This document shows positions 9,042 to 18,875 of a DNA stretch of 64,000 nt, piece after piece. Source of the DNA: an uncultured bacterium (GTDB taxonomy: Bacteria; Chlamydiota; Chlamydiia; Chlamydiales; VFKH01). Numbering within the stretch: the first letter of the stretch is position 1; every line of letters begins with the position of its first letter. The stretch lies in contig CAZQVA010000002.1 of NCBI GenBank assembly GCA_964596685.1, forward strand, positions 12,947 through 76,946. The letters are read 5' to 3'. Made by a program: the position numbers and the translations under genes. Under the pieces are notes generated by a model that searched no databases, had not been told where the DNA came from, and saw only the letters and a program-made list of their open reading frames with translations.

Positions 9042-9775
9042 CGGTATCCTTGGGCCTCGAGTTCCTTGGCGAGACTTGCCTCTCCTGAGCGCACAATTTT
9101 ACCATCTACCATCACATGGACAGAGTGTGGAGCCACATAATCCAAAAGGCGTTGGTAATGCGTGATCAGTAAAAGTGTTTTATCAGGGCGCATCCAGCGG
9201 TGAATCCCATGAGAAACGACGCGCATAGCATCAATATCGAGGCCTGAGTCTGTTTCATCGAGTACAGCAGCAATCGGATCAAAAAGTGCCATTTGGAGGA
9301 TCTCGTTGCGTTTTTTTTCTCCGCCTGAAAAACCTTCGTTGACGCCGCGTGCCGCGAATTCTTCGGGAATTTCAACCCATTGCCGTTTTTCTTGCAAGAG
9401 CGTCTCAAATTCTTCATCGCTTAATGCTTCTTTGGCTTGTGCCTTGCGTTGTGCATTAAGTGCTTGTTGTAAGAAGAGGCGGTTATTTACACCAGGCACC
9501 TCGGGAGGGTATTGAAAGCCAACAAAAAGTCCGCTCGCAGCGCGCTCTTCGATCTCCATCTCAAGTAGGTTCTTATCTCCTAATAAGATGCTCCCTTCGG
9601 TGATAGTATATGCTGGATGGCCAGCCAAGACTTTTGCTAGAGTAGATTTTCCTGCTCCATTTGGACCCATAATTGCATGGACATGTCCCGCATAAAGAGT
9701 TAATGAAAGGCCTTTAAGGATCGGTTTGTCTTCAATAGAGGCATGGAGGTTATCGATAGTCAAAAGAGGTTGCAT
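9038..9775 (-). CDS. sufC: Fe-S cluster assembly ATPase SufC
   Basis: It has Walker A GPNGAGKST, signature FSGGEKKR and Walker B AVLDETDSGLD. It lies directly downstream of sufB. Confidence 0.9.
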   Translation of the reverse strand: MQPLLTIDNLHASIEDKPILKGLSLTLYAGHVHAIMGPNGAGKSTLAKVLAGHPAYTITEGSILLGDKNLLEMEIEERAASGLFVGFQYPPEVPGVNNRLFLQQALNAQRKAQAKEALSDEEFETLLQEKRQWVEIPEEFAARGVNEGFSGGEKKRNEILQMALFDPIAAVLDETDSGLDIDAMRVVSHGIHRWMRPDKTLLLITHYQRLLDYVAPHSVHVMVDGKIVRSGEASLAKELEAQGYR

Positions 9776-9777
9776 GG

Positions 9778-11208
9778 TTATCCCACCGAGTTTTCTAATT
9801 TAAGAGCTAAAAGTTTTTGTGCTTCAGCAGCAAATTCTAAGGGGAGTTCCTTAATCACCGATTCGCAAAAGCCACGTACAAGCATGTTGATCGCTTCTTC
9901 TTTGCTGAGTCCTCTCGATTGCAAATAAAAGAGCTGCTCCTCGCTGATTTTAGAGGTCGATGCTTCATGTTCCAATTGGGAGAATCCATTTGCGACTTCA
10001 ATGACAGGAAAAGTATTGGCAGAGCAGCGATTTCCCACCAGCATCGAATCGCATTGCGTATAATTACGCGCCCCAGTAGCACCTGGTGCAATTTTCACAA
10101 GCCCTCTATACGTGTTATGTGAGGTGTCTGCTGAGATCCCTTTCGATATGATTGTCGAGCGAGTATTCTTGCCTACGTGGATCATTTTCGTTCCCGTATC
10201 TGCCTGCATCCATCCATTTGTCAGTGCCACCGAGTAGAATTCACCCATCGAATTGTCGCCAAGGAGAAGACAGCTGGGGTATTTCCATGTAATAGCAGCA
10301 CCCGCTTCGACCTGTGTCCAGGAGATTTTAGAGTTTTTTCCCTGACATTTGCCGCGTTTTGTTACAAAGTTATAAATACCCCCCTTTCCTGTTTTTGGGT
10401 CACCAGCATACCAGTTTTGGACAGTTGAGTATTTAATAGTTGCATCATCAAGGGCAATTAATTCGACAACGGCTGCGTGTAGTTGATTTGTATCAAATGC
10501 CGGGGCTGTGCATCCCTCAAGATAGCTGACGCTAGCGCCTTCTTCTGCAATAATGAGCGTGCGTTCGAATTGTCCCGATTCCTTGTCATTAATACGAAAA
10601 TACGTAGAAAGTTCCATAGGGCACTGCACCCCTTTGGGCACAAAAACAAAAGATCCATCGGAAAAAACTGCAGAATTCAGGGTCGCGAAAAAATTATCTC
10701 CAGGAGGCACTACGGTGCCCAAATATTTTTCTATGAGTTCTGGATAGTCTCTAACAGCTTCACTCATCGAGCATAGCACGACACCAGCTTCTTTGAGTTT
10801 CTCTCTAAAAGTAGTGCCTAAAGATACAGAATCAAACACCACGTCGACGGCAACATTTGCAAGCATCTTCTGCTCGTCGATTGGAATGCCCAATTTGGCA
10901 AAAGTTTCTAATAAAATGGGGTCAGCATCTTGTAAACTGTTGAGTTGCGGTTTTGTCTTAGGAGCTGAGTAGTAACAGATTTGCTGATAATCGATAGGAG
11001 CGATTTTAAGATTCGCCCAACTAGGCTCGATGGATGTCAAAAGTCTATGATACGCCTTTAAGCGAAATTCGAGCATAAAGGCAGGTTCATTCTTTTTTTG
11101 GGAAATAGCGCGAATGATCCCTTCATTGAGACCTTTAGGGAGTTGTTCCGATTCAATGGGGGTGACAAACCCCCACTTATATTCGCCAGCTTCAAAAGAG
11201 GCTGTCAT
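9778..11208 (-). CDS. sufB: Fe-S cluster assembly scaffold SufB
   Basis: 476 aa. The C-terminal region ([26 protein letters not shown]) is typical of SufB/SufD. It is paired with sufC. Confidence 0.9.
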   Translation of the reverse strand: MTASFEAGEYKWGFVTPIESEQLPKGLNEGIIRAISQKKNEPAFMLEFRLKAYHRLLTSIEPSWANLKIAPIDYQQICYYSAPKTKPQLNSLQDADPILLETFAKLGIPIDEQKMLANVAVDVVFDSVSLGTTFREKLKEAGVVLCSMSEAVRDYPELIEKYLGTVVPPGDNFFATLNSAVFSDGSFVFVPKGVQCPMELSTYFRINDKESGQFERTLIIAEEGASVSYLEGCTAPAFDTNQLHAAVVELIALDDATIKYSTVQNWYAGDPKTGKGGIYNFVTKRGKCQGKNSKISWTQVEAGAAITWKYPSCLLLGDNSMGEFYSVALTNGWMQADTGTKMIHVGKNTRSTIISKGISADTSHNTYRGLVKIAPGATGARNYTQCDSMLVGNRCSANTFPVIEVANGFSQLEHEASTSKISEEQLFYLQSRGLSKEEAINMLVRGFCESVIKELPLEFAAEAQKLLALKLENSVG

Positions 11209-12392
11209 ATGACTCCTAACTCGCGACCCACTTTTTCAAAGGCTGCCACCGCAGTTTCAACATCTTGTGTTGAATGCGCTGCGGACATTTGCGTGCGAAT
11301 ACGTGCTTTACCTTGTGGAACCACTGGATAAAAGAAGCCGACTACATAGACACCTTCTTGAAGCATGCGCGTTGCAAAGCGTTGCGCAAGATCTGCATCA
11401 AAAAGCATCACAGGAATAATAGGATGTTCACCTGGAACTAAAGTAAAGCCTAATGCTGTCATACGTTTTCTAAAGAGCAAGGCATTTTTTTGCAACTGCT
11501 CGCGCAATGCATCACCTTTATCTACAAGTTCAAGGGCTTTTAATCCTGCCGCTGCAAGGCTTGGACACAGTGTGTTGGAAAAGAGATAAGGGCGCGATTT
11601 TTGCCGCAACCATGCTACGACCTCTTTTTTGCCACTGATATACCCCCCTGATGCACCTCCAAGTGTTTTTCCTAACGTGCCTGTTAAGATATCCACGCGA
11701 CCTAAGACATCACAGTACTCAATGGAGCCACGCCCTTTTTTACCTAAAAAGCCTGTCGCATGGCAATCGTCAACCATCACACTGGCATCATAGCGTTCAG
11801 CTAGATCACAGACACTTTTGAGATTTGCAATAATGCCATCCATTGAAAAGACGCCGTCAGTCGCAATAAGACGAAAACGCGCGTCATGAGCTTCTTTTAA
11901 ACGAGCTTCCAGATCAGCCATATCATTGTTAGCATAGCGTAAACGCTTAGCTTTACAGAGGCGAATGCCATCAATGATGCTAGCATGGTTCAGGCTGTCA
12001 CTAATAATGGCGTCTGATTCTCCTAAAATTGCTTCAAAAAGGCCTCCATTTGCGTCAAAACAGGAGGAGTATAGGATGGTATCTTCAGTACCCAGAAATT
12101 CAGATAATTTCTTTTCTAAATCGCGATGGATATCCTGAGTGCCGCAAATAAAGCGCACAGAAGCCATGCCAAAACCCCAGTGATCGAGCGCAGCCTTCGC
12201 TGTAGCTACAATTTCAGGATGATTAGCTAGTCCAAGGTAGTTATTGGCGCAAAAGTTAAGTACTTCACGTCCGTCCTCGAGTGTGATTCTAGCGGATTGA
12301 GGCGAAGTGATGATGCGCTCTTCTTTGAAAAGCCCCTCACTTTTTAACTTCGTCAACTCTTGGTTTAAAAAATCTAAAACAGGCTTTCTCAT
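11205..12392 (-). CDS. kbl: 2-amino-3-ketobutyrate CoA ligase (glycine C-acetyltransferase), alpha-oxoamine synthase family
   Basis: The sequence is collinear with Kbl. Readable motifs are [47 protein letters not shown] and the PLP-lysine region [10 protein letters not shown]. The start was set at ATG 12392, which forms an ATGA overlap with the sodA stop. The stop overlaps the sufB start by 4 nt. Confidence 0.85.
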   Translation of the reverse strand: MRKPVLDFLNQELTKLKSEGLFKEERIITSPQSARITLEDGREVLNFCANNYLGLANHPEIVATAKAALDHWGFGMASVRFICGTQDIHRDLEKKLSEFLGTEDTILYSSCFDANGGLFEAILGESDAIISDSLNHASIIDGIRLCKAKRLRYANNDMADLEARLKEAHDARFRLIATDGVFSMDGIIANLKSVCDLAERYDASVMVDDCHATGFLGKKGRGSIEYCDVLGRVDILTGTLGKTLGGASGGYISGKKEVVAWLRQKSRPYLFSNTLCPSLAAAGLKALELVDKGDALREQLQKNALLFRKRMTALGFTLVPGEHPIIPVMLFDADLAQRFATRMLQEGVYVVGFFYPVVPQGKARIRTQMSAAHSTQDVETAVAAFEKVGRELGVI

Positions 12393-13024
12393 CGGCAGTG
12401 ACAGCTCGTGCAGCATTGAGAAGCCACGCTTACGAAACGCTCTTCCACATTTTTCCAGTTAATCACTTGCCAGATCGCTTTCACATAATCAGCACGTGCG
12501 TTTTTGTATTGAGGATAGTAGGCGTGTTCCCATACATCGATGCCAAGGAGAGGATGGATGCCTTGTGTGATTAATGCATCTTGGTTAGGACATGTGATGA
12601 GATTCAATTGACGTTGTGCTTTATTCCATCCTAGCCACACCCATCCAGATCCCTGAACAGAAATTGCTAATGCGCTCATTTTTTCAATCAAGCTATCCAT
12701 GCTGCCAAAATCCATTTCAATGGCATCCATAAGGTAACCAGATGGAGGTGTACCACCGCCTTGGTCTTTTGGGGCTAAGTTAGTCCAAAAAATAGAGTGG
12801 TTGATATGTCCACCACCGTTGAAGCGAATGGCTCCTTCTAGAGCAAGCATTGTCGGGAGGTCTTGATTTTTTTCAGCTAATGCAAACTTTTCAAGTGCCG
12901 CATTCAAATTATTGACATAGGCTTGATGGTGTTTTGTGTGGTGCAAACGCATGATTTCTGCGCTGATAACAGGTTCAAGTGCCTCATATGCATAAGGCAA
13001 AGCTGGTAATTCAAAAGCAGCCAT
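12389..13024 (-). CDS. sodA: Mn-type superoxide dismutase with a short Cys-rich C-terminal tail
   Basis: Motifs are [25 protein letters not shown] (Mn-type pattern) and DVWEHAYY. The tail is QCCTSCHCR. Confidence 0.9.
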   Translation of the reverse strand: MAAFELPALPYAYEALEPVISAEIMRLHHTKHHQAYVNNLNAALEKFALAEKNQDLPTMLALEGAIRFNGGGHINHSIFWTNLAPKDQGGGTPPSGYLMDAIEMDFGSMDSLIEKMSALAISVQGSGWVWLGWNKAQRQLNLITCPNQDALITQGIHPLLGIDVWEHAYYPQYKNARADYVKAIWQVINWKNVEERFVSVASQCCTSCHCR

Positions 13025-13097
13025 ATCTTCTCCTCGATTGTTTTTTCGTGAATACTATTATTGTGCCTTAAAAAAGCAATCTTTTCAAATCCCATGT

Positions 13098-13255
13098 GGA
13101 CTTTAGACAAAATCTAACATTTTTACTAAGATAGCTCTAGAGCGCCTTTAAGGTGGCGCATCATCTCGAATAGCTGGGGCTATGTTTGATGACACCCTAC
13201 CTCAAATCCACCCTGGAGCGGTCGCTCTAAAAATGTTAGATGTTGTCTAGAGTCT
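13098..13255. repeat. 158-bp element bounded by an imperfect 28-bp inverted repeat
   Basis: Bases 13098-13125 (ggactttagacaaaatctaacattttta) match the reverse complement of 13228-13255 at 25 of 28 positions. The interior contains ctagagcgcc...ggcgcatcat, which is also found at 40539-40572. Confidence 0.7.
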
Positions 13256-13278
13256 AATAAAAAAACCTCTTTTCGCCG

Positions 13279-13307
13279 TTGACAATCAATTTAAAGTATT
13301 CTATTGT
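13279..13307 (+). promoter_or_regulatory. Possible sigma-70-like promoter for the antiporter gene
   Basis: TTGACA at 13279-13284, a 17-nt spacer, then TATTGT at 13302-13307. This lies just outside the inverted-repeat element and only about 9 nt before ATG 13316, so the leader would be very short. Confidence 0.3.
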
Positions 13308-13315
13308 CCCCACCT

Positions 13316-14569
13316 ATGGAAGTCCACGATCTCTTTCTCTATCTAGCACTACTGTTCATCTCTGCACGTATTTGTTCAGAAATCGCTAACCGCTTTAATA
13401 TACCTTCGGTTATCGGGGAGTTGGCAGCAGGGTTTATTTTGGGTCCGTCATTATTAAATCTTGTTTCCCCAGATCAAACGCTGCAACTTTTGGCACAGAT
13501 TGGGATTATTCTACTTCTCTTTGAAGTAGGGATGGACACTGATATTTATCGCCTTGCAAAAGCTGGCTCCAAGCCGGTTGTCGTGGCACTTGTGGGCTTT
13601 TTTGTCCCCTTGATTTTGGGGTTTGGAGTCGCTTATTGGGGTTTTGATGCTCCCTTGTTGACGAGTTTATTCATTGGAGGCACCTTAACTGCAACAAGCA
13701 TTGGGATTACTGTACGCGTATTGACTGATTTAAGACGACGCAGCTCGGATGAAGCACAGATTGTCATTGGGGCGGCTGTTCTAGATGATATTTTAGGGGT
13801 TTTAGCGCTTGCTTTTCTCTATCAATTTTCAGTACAGGGGAATATCTCAGTTATTTCTCTTTTAAGTGTCACGCTATATATCGTTCTTTTTATGGCACTT
13901 GCACCTCTTGTGGGCAAATGCGTAGCCACGATTATCGATCGATTTGATCAAAAAAGCACCTCTCCAGGTCTTTTGTTAACGATGATTTTAAGTTTGATTT
14001 TTCTCTTTAGCTATCTTGCGCACATCGTAGGGGCCCCTGAAATTATGGGGGGATTCGCAGCAGGTATTGCTCTTGGTCATCGTTTTCGTGTTAGGATATC
14101 TAAAGACCTGCGATTGCCCTTTACGGGTATGTTGAATAGCCTGATGAGAGAAGCGCCTGATTTGGCTCATCGGACGGAAGAACAGATGCGTCCGTTGATT
14201 CGCACTTTTACACCACTTTTTTTCGTGATGGTAGGAGTTTCACTCAATCTGCGAGAAGTGGAATGGGGGCATGCGACCATTTGGTTAGCCTTTACCATGC
14301 TTTTTATTATCGCTATGGCGGGCAAAGCAGTATCAGGCTTTTGTATCAAAGAACCTTCAGCTAAACAGATGGCGATTGGTCTATCGATGATTCCGCGCGG
14401 GGAAGTAGGGTTGATCTTTGCAAAACTCGGCTTTAGCAATGCACTGCTTAATAAAACGTGGTATGCCGCTCTACTTTTGGTGGTCGCCTTAACGACGGTA
14501 TTACCACCTTTTCTTCTCAGGTGGTATTACCGACGATATTTCCCCGCTGTAGCAGAAGAAAAGAATTAA
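13316..14569 (+). CDS. Cation:proton antiporter (CPA1/CPA2, Na+/H+ exchanger or Kef-like family)
   Basis: The protein is a polytopic membrane protein of about 417 aa with the general architecture of the sodium/hydrogen exchanger family. The start was moved from the track's TTG at 13304 to ATG 13316. Confidence 0.7.
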   Translation: MEVHDLFLYLALLFISARICSEIANRFNIPSVIGELAAGFILGPSLLNLVSPDQTLQLLAQIGIILLLFEVGMDTDIYRLAKAGSKPVVVALVGFFVPLILGFGVAYWGFDAPLLTSLFIGGTLTATSIGITVRVLTDLRRRSSDEAQIVIGAAVLDDILGVLALAFLYQFSVQGNISVISLLSVTLYIVLFMALAPLVGKCVATIIDRFDQKSTSPGLLLTMILSLIFLFSYLAHIVGAPEIMGGFAAGIALGHRFRVRISKDLRLPFTGMLNSLMREAPDLAHRTEEQMRPLIRTFTPLFFVMVGVSLNLREVEWGHATIWLAFTMLFIIAMAGKAVSGFCIKEPSAKQMAIGLSMIPRGEVGLIFAKLGFSNALLNKTWYAALLLVVALTTVLPPFLLRWYYRRYFPAVAEEKN

Positions 14570-15543
14570 AATGCCTCGTTTGCTACATCTTGAGTTTTTT
14601 CTACCGTGTCTTTAAAGCGCTCAATGGTCACTTTCATTTGAACCGTGGGGTCAATTGTGCCAATATTATCATTTGATTCAGGCATAACTCCGCTCTCTAA
14701 TGGTTCACCATTCGAAAAAAGAATGGTTTTTTTCGCCTTGTCATATTTGAATGTTAGTTCACCGGTAATACATATTGGGATTGGAGTTACCTCTGCATCG
14801 ATATCCTGGCTATTGCATGCAAAATACCGCTTATGTATGACAGAGAGGGAGTCAGAAGAAAATTTAATCTCAATTGGTGATTTTATAGGCATGTCGGCAA
14901 GCCTAAGATTTTTGTTTAGCAATGCGTCCTGCTGGATAGGTACTGTGAAGTCAGCTATTCCAGCTTGAGAGAGCCAGCCACGTAGAAAATACCTAGAGTC
15001 TTCACCAAGATAGAAAGCTAAATTTCCATCAACTTCTCTAGCATGATTTTTTTTATCCAGTTCGGAGATTGGTTGGGGCAAGGAACGGGAAAAACCTAGT
15101 TTATTTGTAATCTTAAATGCTGTGCGCGGAATATCCACATCTGTTTCTGCAGTAGGATAGGCCCATCCGTACACATCGTCACATCCAGGATACTGCAAGA
15201 AAGAATCTCGAAAGTATTCTGGTGTTTTACTGCAAATAGTGGGCTGCTTTAGTTGAGGTTCTTTCCAAGCTTCTTGAGCTGTTGCAATTAACTCTTCAAC
15301 GGTTTTCTCGAACTCTTTTTGAGCAGCATTCTCTGTGGGCGTAGCGTCCATTATAGGGTGGATAACTGCGGCTTTAAAAAAACAGCTTCTTATGCCTGAA
15401 ACAAGGAAAGAAAAGAGATGATTAAAAGCTTTTGCCAATGAGATAAAGGCCTGTTTAATGCTATTAGCCATTTGTGCAACGACGCTTTTAACATGCTCAG
15501 GTGGCTTATTGCTTGATCGATTTACAGGAGGAATATTTGACAT
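14566..15543 (-). CDS. Hypothetical protein with no recognisable domain
   Basis: 325-aa ORF packed tightly between the antiporter and the M48 protease gene. A short hydrophobic patch lies near the N-terminus. I could not read any motif in it. Confidence 0.6.
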   Translation of the reverse strand: MSNIPPVNRSSNKPPEHVKSVVAQMANSIKQAFISLAKAFNHLFSFLVSGIRSCFFKAAVIHPIMDATPTENAAQKEFEKTVEELIATAQEAWKEPQLKQPTICSKTPEYFRDSFLQYPGCDDVYGWAYPTAETDVDIPRTAFKITNKLGFSRSLPQPISELDKKNHAREVDGNLAFYLGEDSRYFLRGWLSQAGIADFTVPIQQDALLNKNLRLADMPIKSPIEIKFSSDSLSVIHKRYFACNSQDIDAEVTPIPICITGELTFKYDKAKKTILFSNGEPLESGVMPESNDNIGTIDPTVQMKVTIERFKDTVEKTQDVANEAF

Positions 15544-15545
15544 AA

Positions 15546-16529
15546 TTACCTTTTAATTGAGCCCTCAAGAACGGCGATGCGTTTTTCAAGAGGGGGGTGA
15601 GTGCCGAAAAGGGAGTCGATGAAGGTGCGATCATCGAAATAGAGGTGAGCATAGGCAAAGCTAGAGCGGGGGAGATCTTTGTCGGTAGCGGCAGCAATTT
15701 TGTGTAGTGCACCGATAAGGCCTGCAGGGTTGCGTGTAAATTGTACGGCGCTAGCATCGGCAAGATATTCACGTTCCTTGCTGATCATGCTTTTGAGGAT
15801 AGAACCCGCGATCCAGGTGATACTACCGGCAACGATAAAGATGAGCCCCATAAGAGCTATTAGTTGGCCGCTGTTTTGGCCGCCACCGCTGTTGCTATTG
15901 CCGCTTGAGCGAGATCCTGCGCCTGCCCAAAAAGAACCTTCCAAAAGGCGTAGGCCGATATAAAGAATAATAAAAAAACCCATGACCATGGCAGCCAAAC
16001 TTGTGCCAACGCGCATATCATTATTAGAGATATGGCCCAGTTCATGGGCGAGAACTCCTTGAATTTCATCGCGATTGAGACGTTCAAGGGCTCCTTGTGT
16101 TATGGCAACGGCCGCCTTATCGCGAGTAAGGCCCGCTGCAAAGGCATTGATCTGTTTGCAGGGGATGATAAAAATGGCAGGTTGAGGGATTTGAGAGGCA
16201 ATACAGAGTTCCTCGACAATGTTTAGTAGTTGTTTTTCCTGAAAATTGGTGGTGTTGGCGCGTACAGGACGCCCACCCACCGCTTGTGCAACAGCACTGC
16301 CTCCATAGAGAGAATAGGAGAAGTACTGATAACCTGTCGTCAGAAATGTGATACCAAGGAAAGCAAGCCCAAAGTAAGGATAGGGTGGGTTGTAGTTGGC
16401 GCCAGCGAAGTAGCGCAGCGCCCATTCCGCCCCAGCAGCAATGCATAGAGTCATCGCAACAAAGAGGACTAGAAAAAACGCCGTGCGTTGCCGCGCTGTG
16501 CGCTGTGCTTCCCAGTGATTGACTGCCAT
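15546..16529 (-). CDS. M48-family zinc metalloprotease (HtpX-like)
   Basis: The HELGH zinc motif is present, with two N-terminal and two internal TM segments and a Gly/Ser-rich loop. It lies immediately downstream of lemA, a common gene pair. Confidence 0.8.
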   Translation of the reverse strand: MAVNHWEAQRTARQRTAFFLVLFVAMTLCIAAGAEWALRYFAGANYNPPYPYFGLAFLGITFLTTGYQYFSYSLYGGSAVAQAVGGRPVRANTTNFQEKQLLNIVEELCIASQIPQPAIFIIPCKQINAFAAGLTRDKAAVAITQGALERLNRDEIQGVLAHELGHISNNDMRVGTSLAAMVMGFFIILYIGLRLLEGSFWAGAGSRSSGNSNSGGGQNSGQLIALMGLIFIVAGSITWIAGSILKSMISKEREYLADASAVQFTRNPAGLIGALHKIAAATDKDLPRSSFAYAHLYFDDRTFIDSLFGTHPPLEKRIAVLEGSIKR

Positions 16530-16532
16530 AGA

Positions 16533-17123
16533 TTAGAATTTCACCTTGACAGCATCTTTTGCCGCTGCTTCTTTGACTTCAAAGAGTTCTGAAGCTTTGT
16601 GTCCGAATGTTGTAGCGACTAAGTTAGTGGGAAATTGCTGTTGACTTGTGTTGTAGAGCAAAACACTGTCATTATAGGCCTGTCTTGCAAATGAAACTTT
16701 GTTTTCTGTAGATGTTAATTCTTCCTGCAATTGCTGCATGTTTTGGCTGGCTTTTAGGTCAGGATAATTTTCGGCTAATGCAAAAATCTGCCCTAGGCCA
16801 CCTTTTAGCGCGCCTTCTGCAGCGACAAGTTCTTTAATAGAGCTTTCTGTAGGGCCACCTTGTGACTTTAGTGCACTTAAGGCTGCACTCGCTTGATTGC
16901 GCGCCTGAATAACGGCTTCCAATGTGCCGCGCTCATATTGCATATAGCCTTTTACCGATTCGACTAAATTAGGGATCAGATCATAGCGACGTTGCAATTG
17001 TACGTCGATTTGGCTCCAACTATTTTGCACTTGATTGCGCAGCGTAATTAAGCGGTTATAAGTTCCCCATAGCCATAGGAGAATTAGGACGATGATGACA
17101 CCGACAATAAGTAATACGCTCAT
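16533..17123 (-). CDS. lemA: LemA family protein
   Basis: It has an N-terminal TM segment followed by WGTYNRLITLRNQVQNSWSQIDVQLQRRYDLIPNLV, which is typical of LemA. Confidence 0.85.
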   Translation of the reverse strand: MSVLLIVGVIIVLILLWLWGTYNRLITLRNQVQNSWSQIDVQLQRRYDLIPNLVESVKGYMQYERGTLEAVIQARNQASAALSALKSQGGPTESSIKELVAAEGALKGGLGQIFALAENYPDLKASQNMQQLQEELTSTENKVSFARQAYNDSVLLYNTSQQQFPTNLVATTFGHKASELFEVKEAAAKDAVKVKF

Positions 17124-17186
17124 GATACCTCCCGTTTTTTAACGTTATAGTTTTCATTATACGATGTTAACTTATTTTATGCACAT

Positions 17187-18869
17187 TTAAGAGGATGGAG
17201 GCTCTAGGCGCGATGGCGTTGCCTTATAGGCGGTATTTAGATGGGTGTTGAGGTGAGAGTTGAATTTTGTAAAATCAAGGTATTTAAGAGTGTTATAGAG
17301 AATGCTGCGTGCGCGGGACTTCATAACTAGGCGTTTGGAAAGCATGAGGGCGCGACCGATAAATAAACCAGTCAAGCGGTTTTGTGGTACATTATCGAGA
17401 AGGGCATCTTTGATGGTGGTACAAGCAGCACGATCGATCGCTTCTTTGCAGATGTTGGCAGTAAGGATGTCACCACTTTTGGCGAAGTGGGCTTCAAGTG
17501 ATTTTTGTATGAATGAGTAGACGCCTTCAATGAAGGCCTGTTTGTAATGCAAACACCCCAAAGAGGTTGTGGGGGCTTCTTTCATGCTCGCACTGACGGC
17601 ATCCGTTGCTTTGTCAATAAGTGTTTCCCAAAATGTACGTGATAGAGTCTCTGTAATAGGATAGTAGAGGCCAATTGGTTGAGGTTTTTTTTTCAGATCG
17701 TCGAACGATTGTATGCCATTTTTAAATTGAGCTTTGATACGTCCGCCAATCATCCCTGTAAATAGATCAGGGGAAAGGATGTTCCAGCCTTCATTTTGTT
17801 GATAGAAAGAACTATCTTTTGAGTGAGTGATTCCAAGGAAGACATCGGAATATTTTTGGGATAGTTCCATGATGGCAAGACTGCGTGTGCTTTCTTCTGA
17901 GGCGCTTTTAGCTATGTTCTGATAGTTGGTGTACAAGAAGTGTTGAGGCCATTTTTTAGGATTTCCTTCCTCATTATTGCGGCGTAAGGCCTCCAAAAAG
18001 CCAACGAATTCAGGAGAGATTTCTTGTCCAATTGTAGGTGTGCCACAGAAAAGAGATGTAACAGTATGTGTTCCTTCATTAGGGTAAGAGAGCTGTTTTT
18101 GTGTATTGACACAGGGGATATTTGCTACGAGAAGATGTGAGTCGTATGAGGTTTTTTTCCCAAGAAATAAGGACGCTACATTTTGGCGCATTTTCCCAAG
18201 GGAACTTAAGCTTTGAAGTTCACGTTTGGGGTGGAGAATAAATAGGGCCCATTTTTTAGCATGGTAATAGAAGGCGGTCTCTTTATAGCAAGCCTTAAAT
18301 AGACGACGTGTGTCTTTCTGAGGGTCGTTAGTTTGGGTTTTTAAATGGTCCGGTAATACAGTATTTAATGTTTCTCCCAGTGCATCATACCCCTTTGTCG
18401 TGCCATTCAAGTAGATTGCCGCACATAGATCTTGAGTAAAGCGTTGATCATTTCCTGTAAGGCGAGTGCTTAGAATTTGTCTCAGCAATGTAATGATGGC
18501 AGAATATTGCTGGTGGAGTTCTTTGTAAGTTTCTTTGAGGGGAGCATTTAAGAGGGTTTTAAGGCTAGTAGCTTGTTCCGAAAGATCATTATAATCGTCA
18601 GAAACTGCTTTAAGAGCTGCAAATTTTTCCTGATAAAGAGTTATTTTTGCTTCTTTTAGCTTGGGAGAGAAAGGGTTAGTTGTGGTATGGCAGCTCAGTA
18701 AACAGATGATTTTTGTGGATAAGTTGATCAAAAGACGTATTGGTGCAGTAAGTGTCTTTAAAGCGCGCAAAGCCACTGAAGATGTCATTATGGAGGTGCT
18801 TGTGGGCTCGTTTGGCAATGAAGATGCCTTTTTAAGCTCTGGTGGGGCTGTGTGGTGAAGAGGGTTCAT
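17187..18869 (-). CDS. Hypothetical 560-aa protein (candidate secreted or effector protein)
   Basis: This is a long ORF with coding-like composition. It has a polar Ser/Thr/Pro-rich N-terminus and no motif I can assign. Confidence 0.6.
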   Translation of the reverse strand: MNPLHHTAPPELKKASSLPNEPTSTSIMTSSVALRALKTLTAPIRLLINLSTKIICLLSCHTTTNPFSPKLKEAKITLYQEKFAALKAVSDDYNDLSEQATSLKTLLNAPLKETYKELHQQYSAIITLLRQILSTRLTGNDQRFTQDLCAAIYLNGTTKGYDALGETLNTVLPDHLKTQTNDPQKDTRRLFKACYKETAFYYHAKKWALFILHPKRELQSLSSLGKMRQNVASLFLGKKTSYDSHLLVANIPCVNTQKQLSYPNEGTHTVTSLFCGTPTIGQEISPEFVGFLEALRRNNEEGNPKKWPQHFLYTNYQNIAKSASEESTRSLAIMELSQKYSDVFLGITHSKDSSFYQQNEGWNILSPDLFTGMIGGRIKAQFKNGIQSFDDLKKKPQPIGLYYPITETLSRTFWETLIDKATDAVSASMKEAPTTSLGCLHYKQAFIEGVYSFIQKSLEAHFAKSGDILTANICKEAIDRAACTTIKDALLDNVPQNRLTGLFIGRALMLSKRLVMKSRARSILYNTLKYLDFTKFNSHLNTHLNTAYKATPSRLEPPSS

Positions 18870-18875
18870 GGATGT

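Noticed and set aside
13098-13315. Known riboswitch class upstream of the cation/proton antiporter gene
   Set aside because: I could not match the sequence to any riboswitch consensus I know (Mn2+, c-di-AMP, guanidine, Na+/Li+ types). It is kept only as an unexplained inverted-repeat element.
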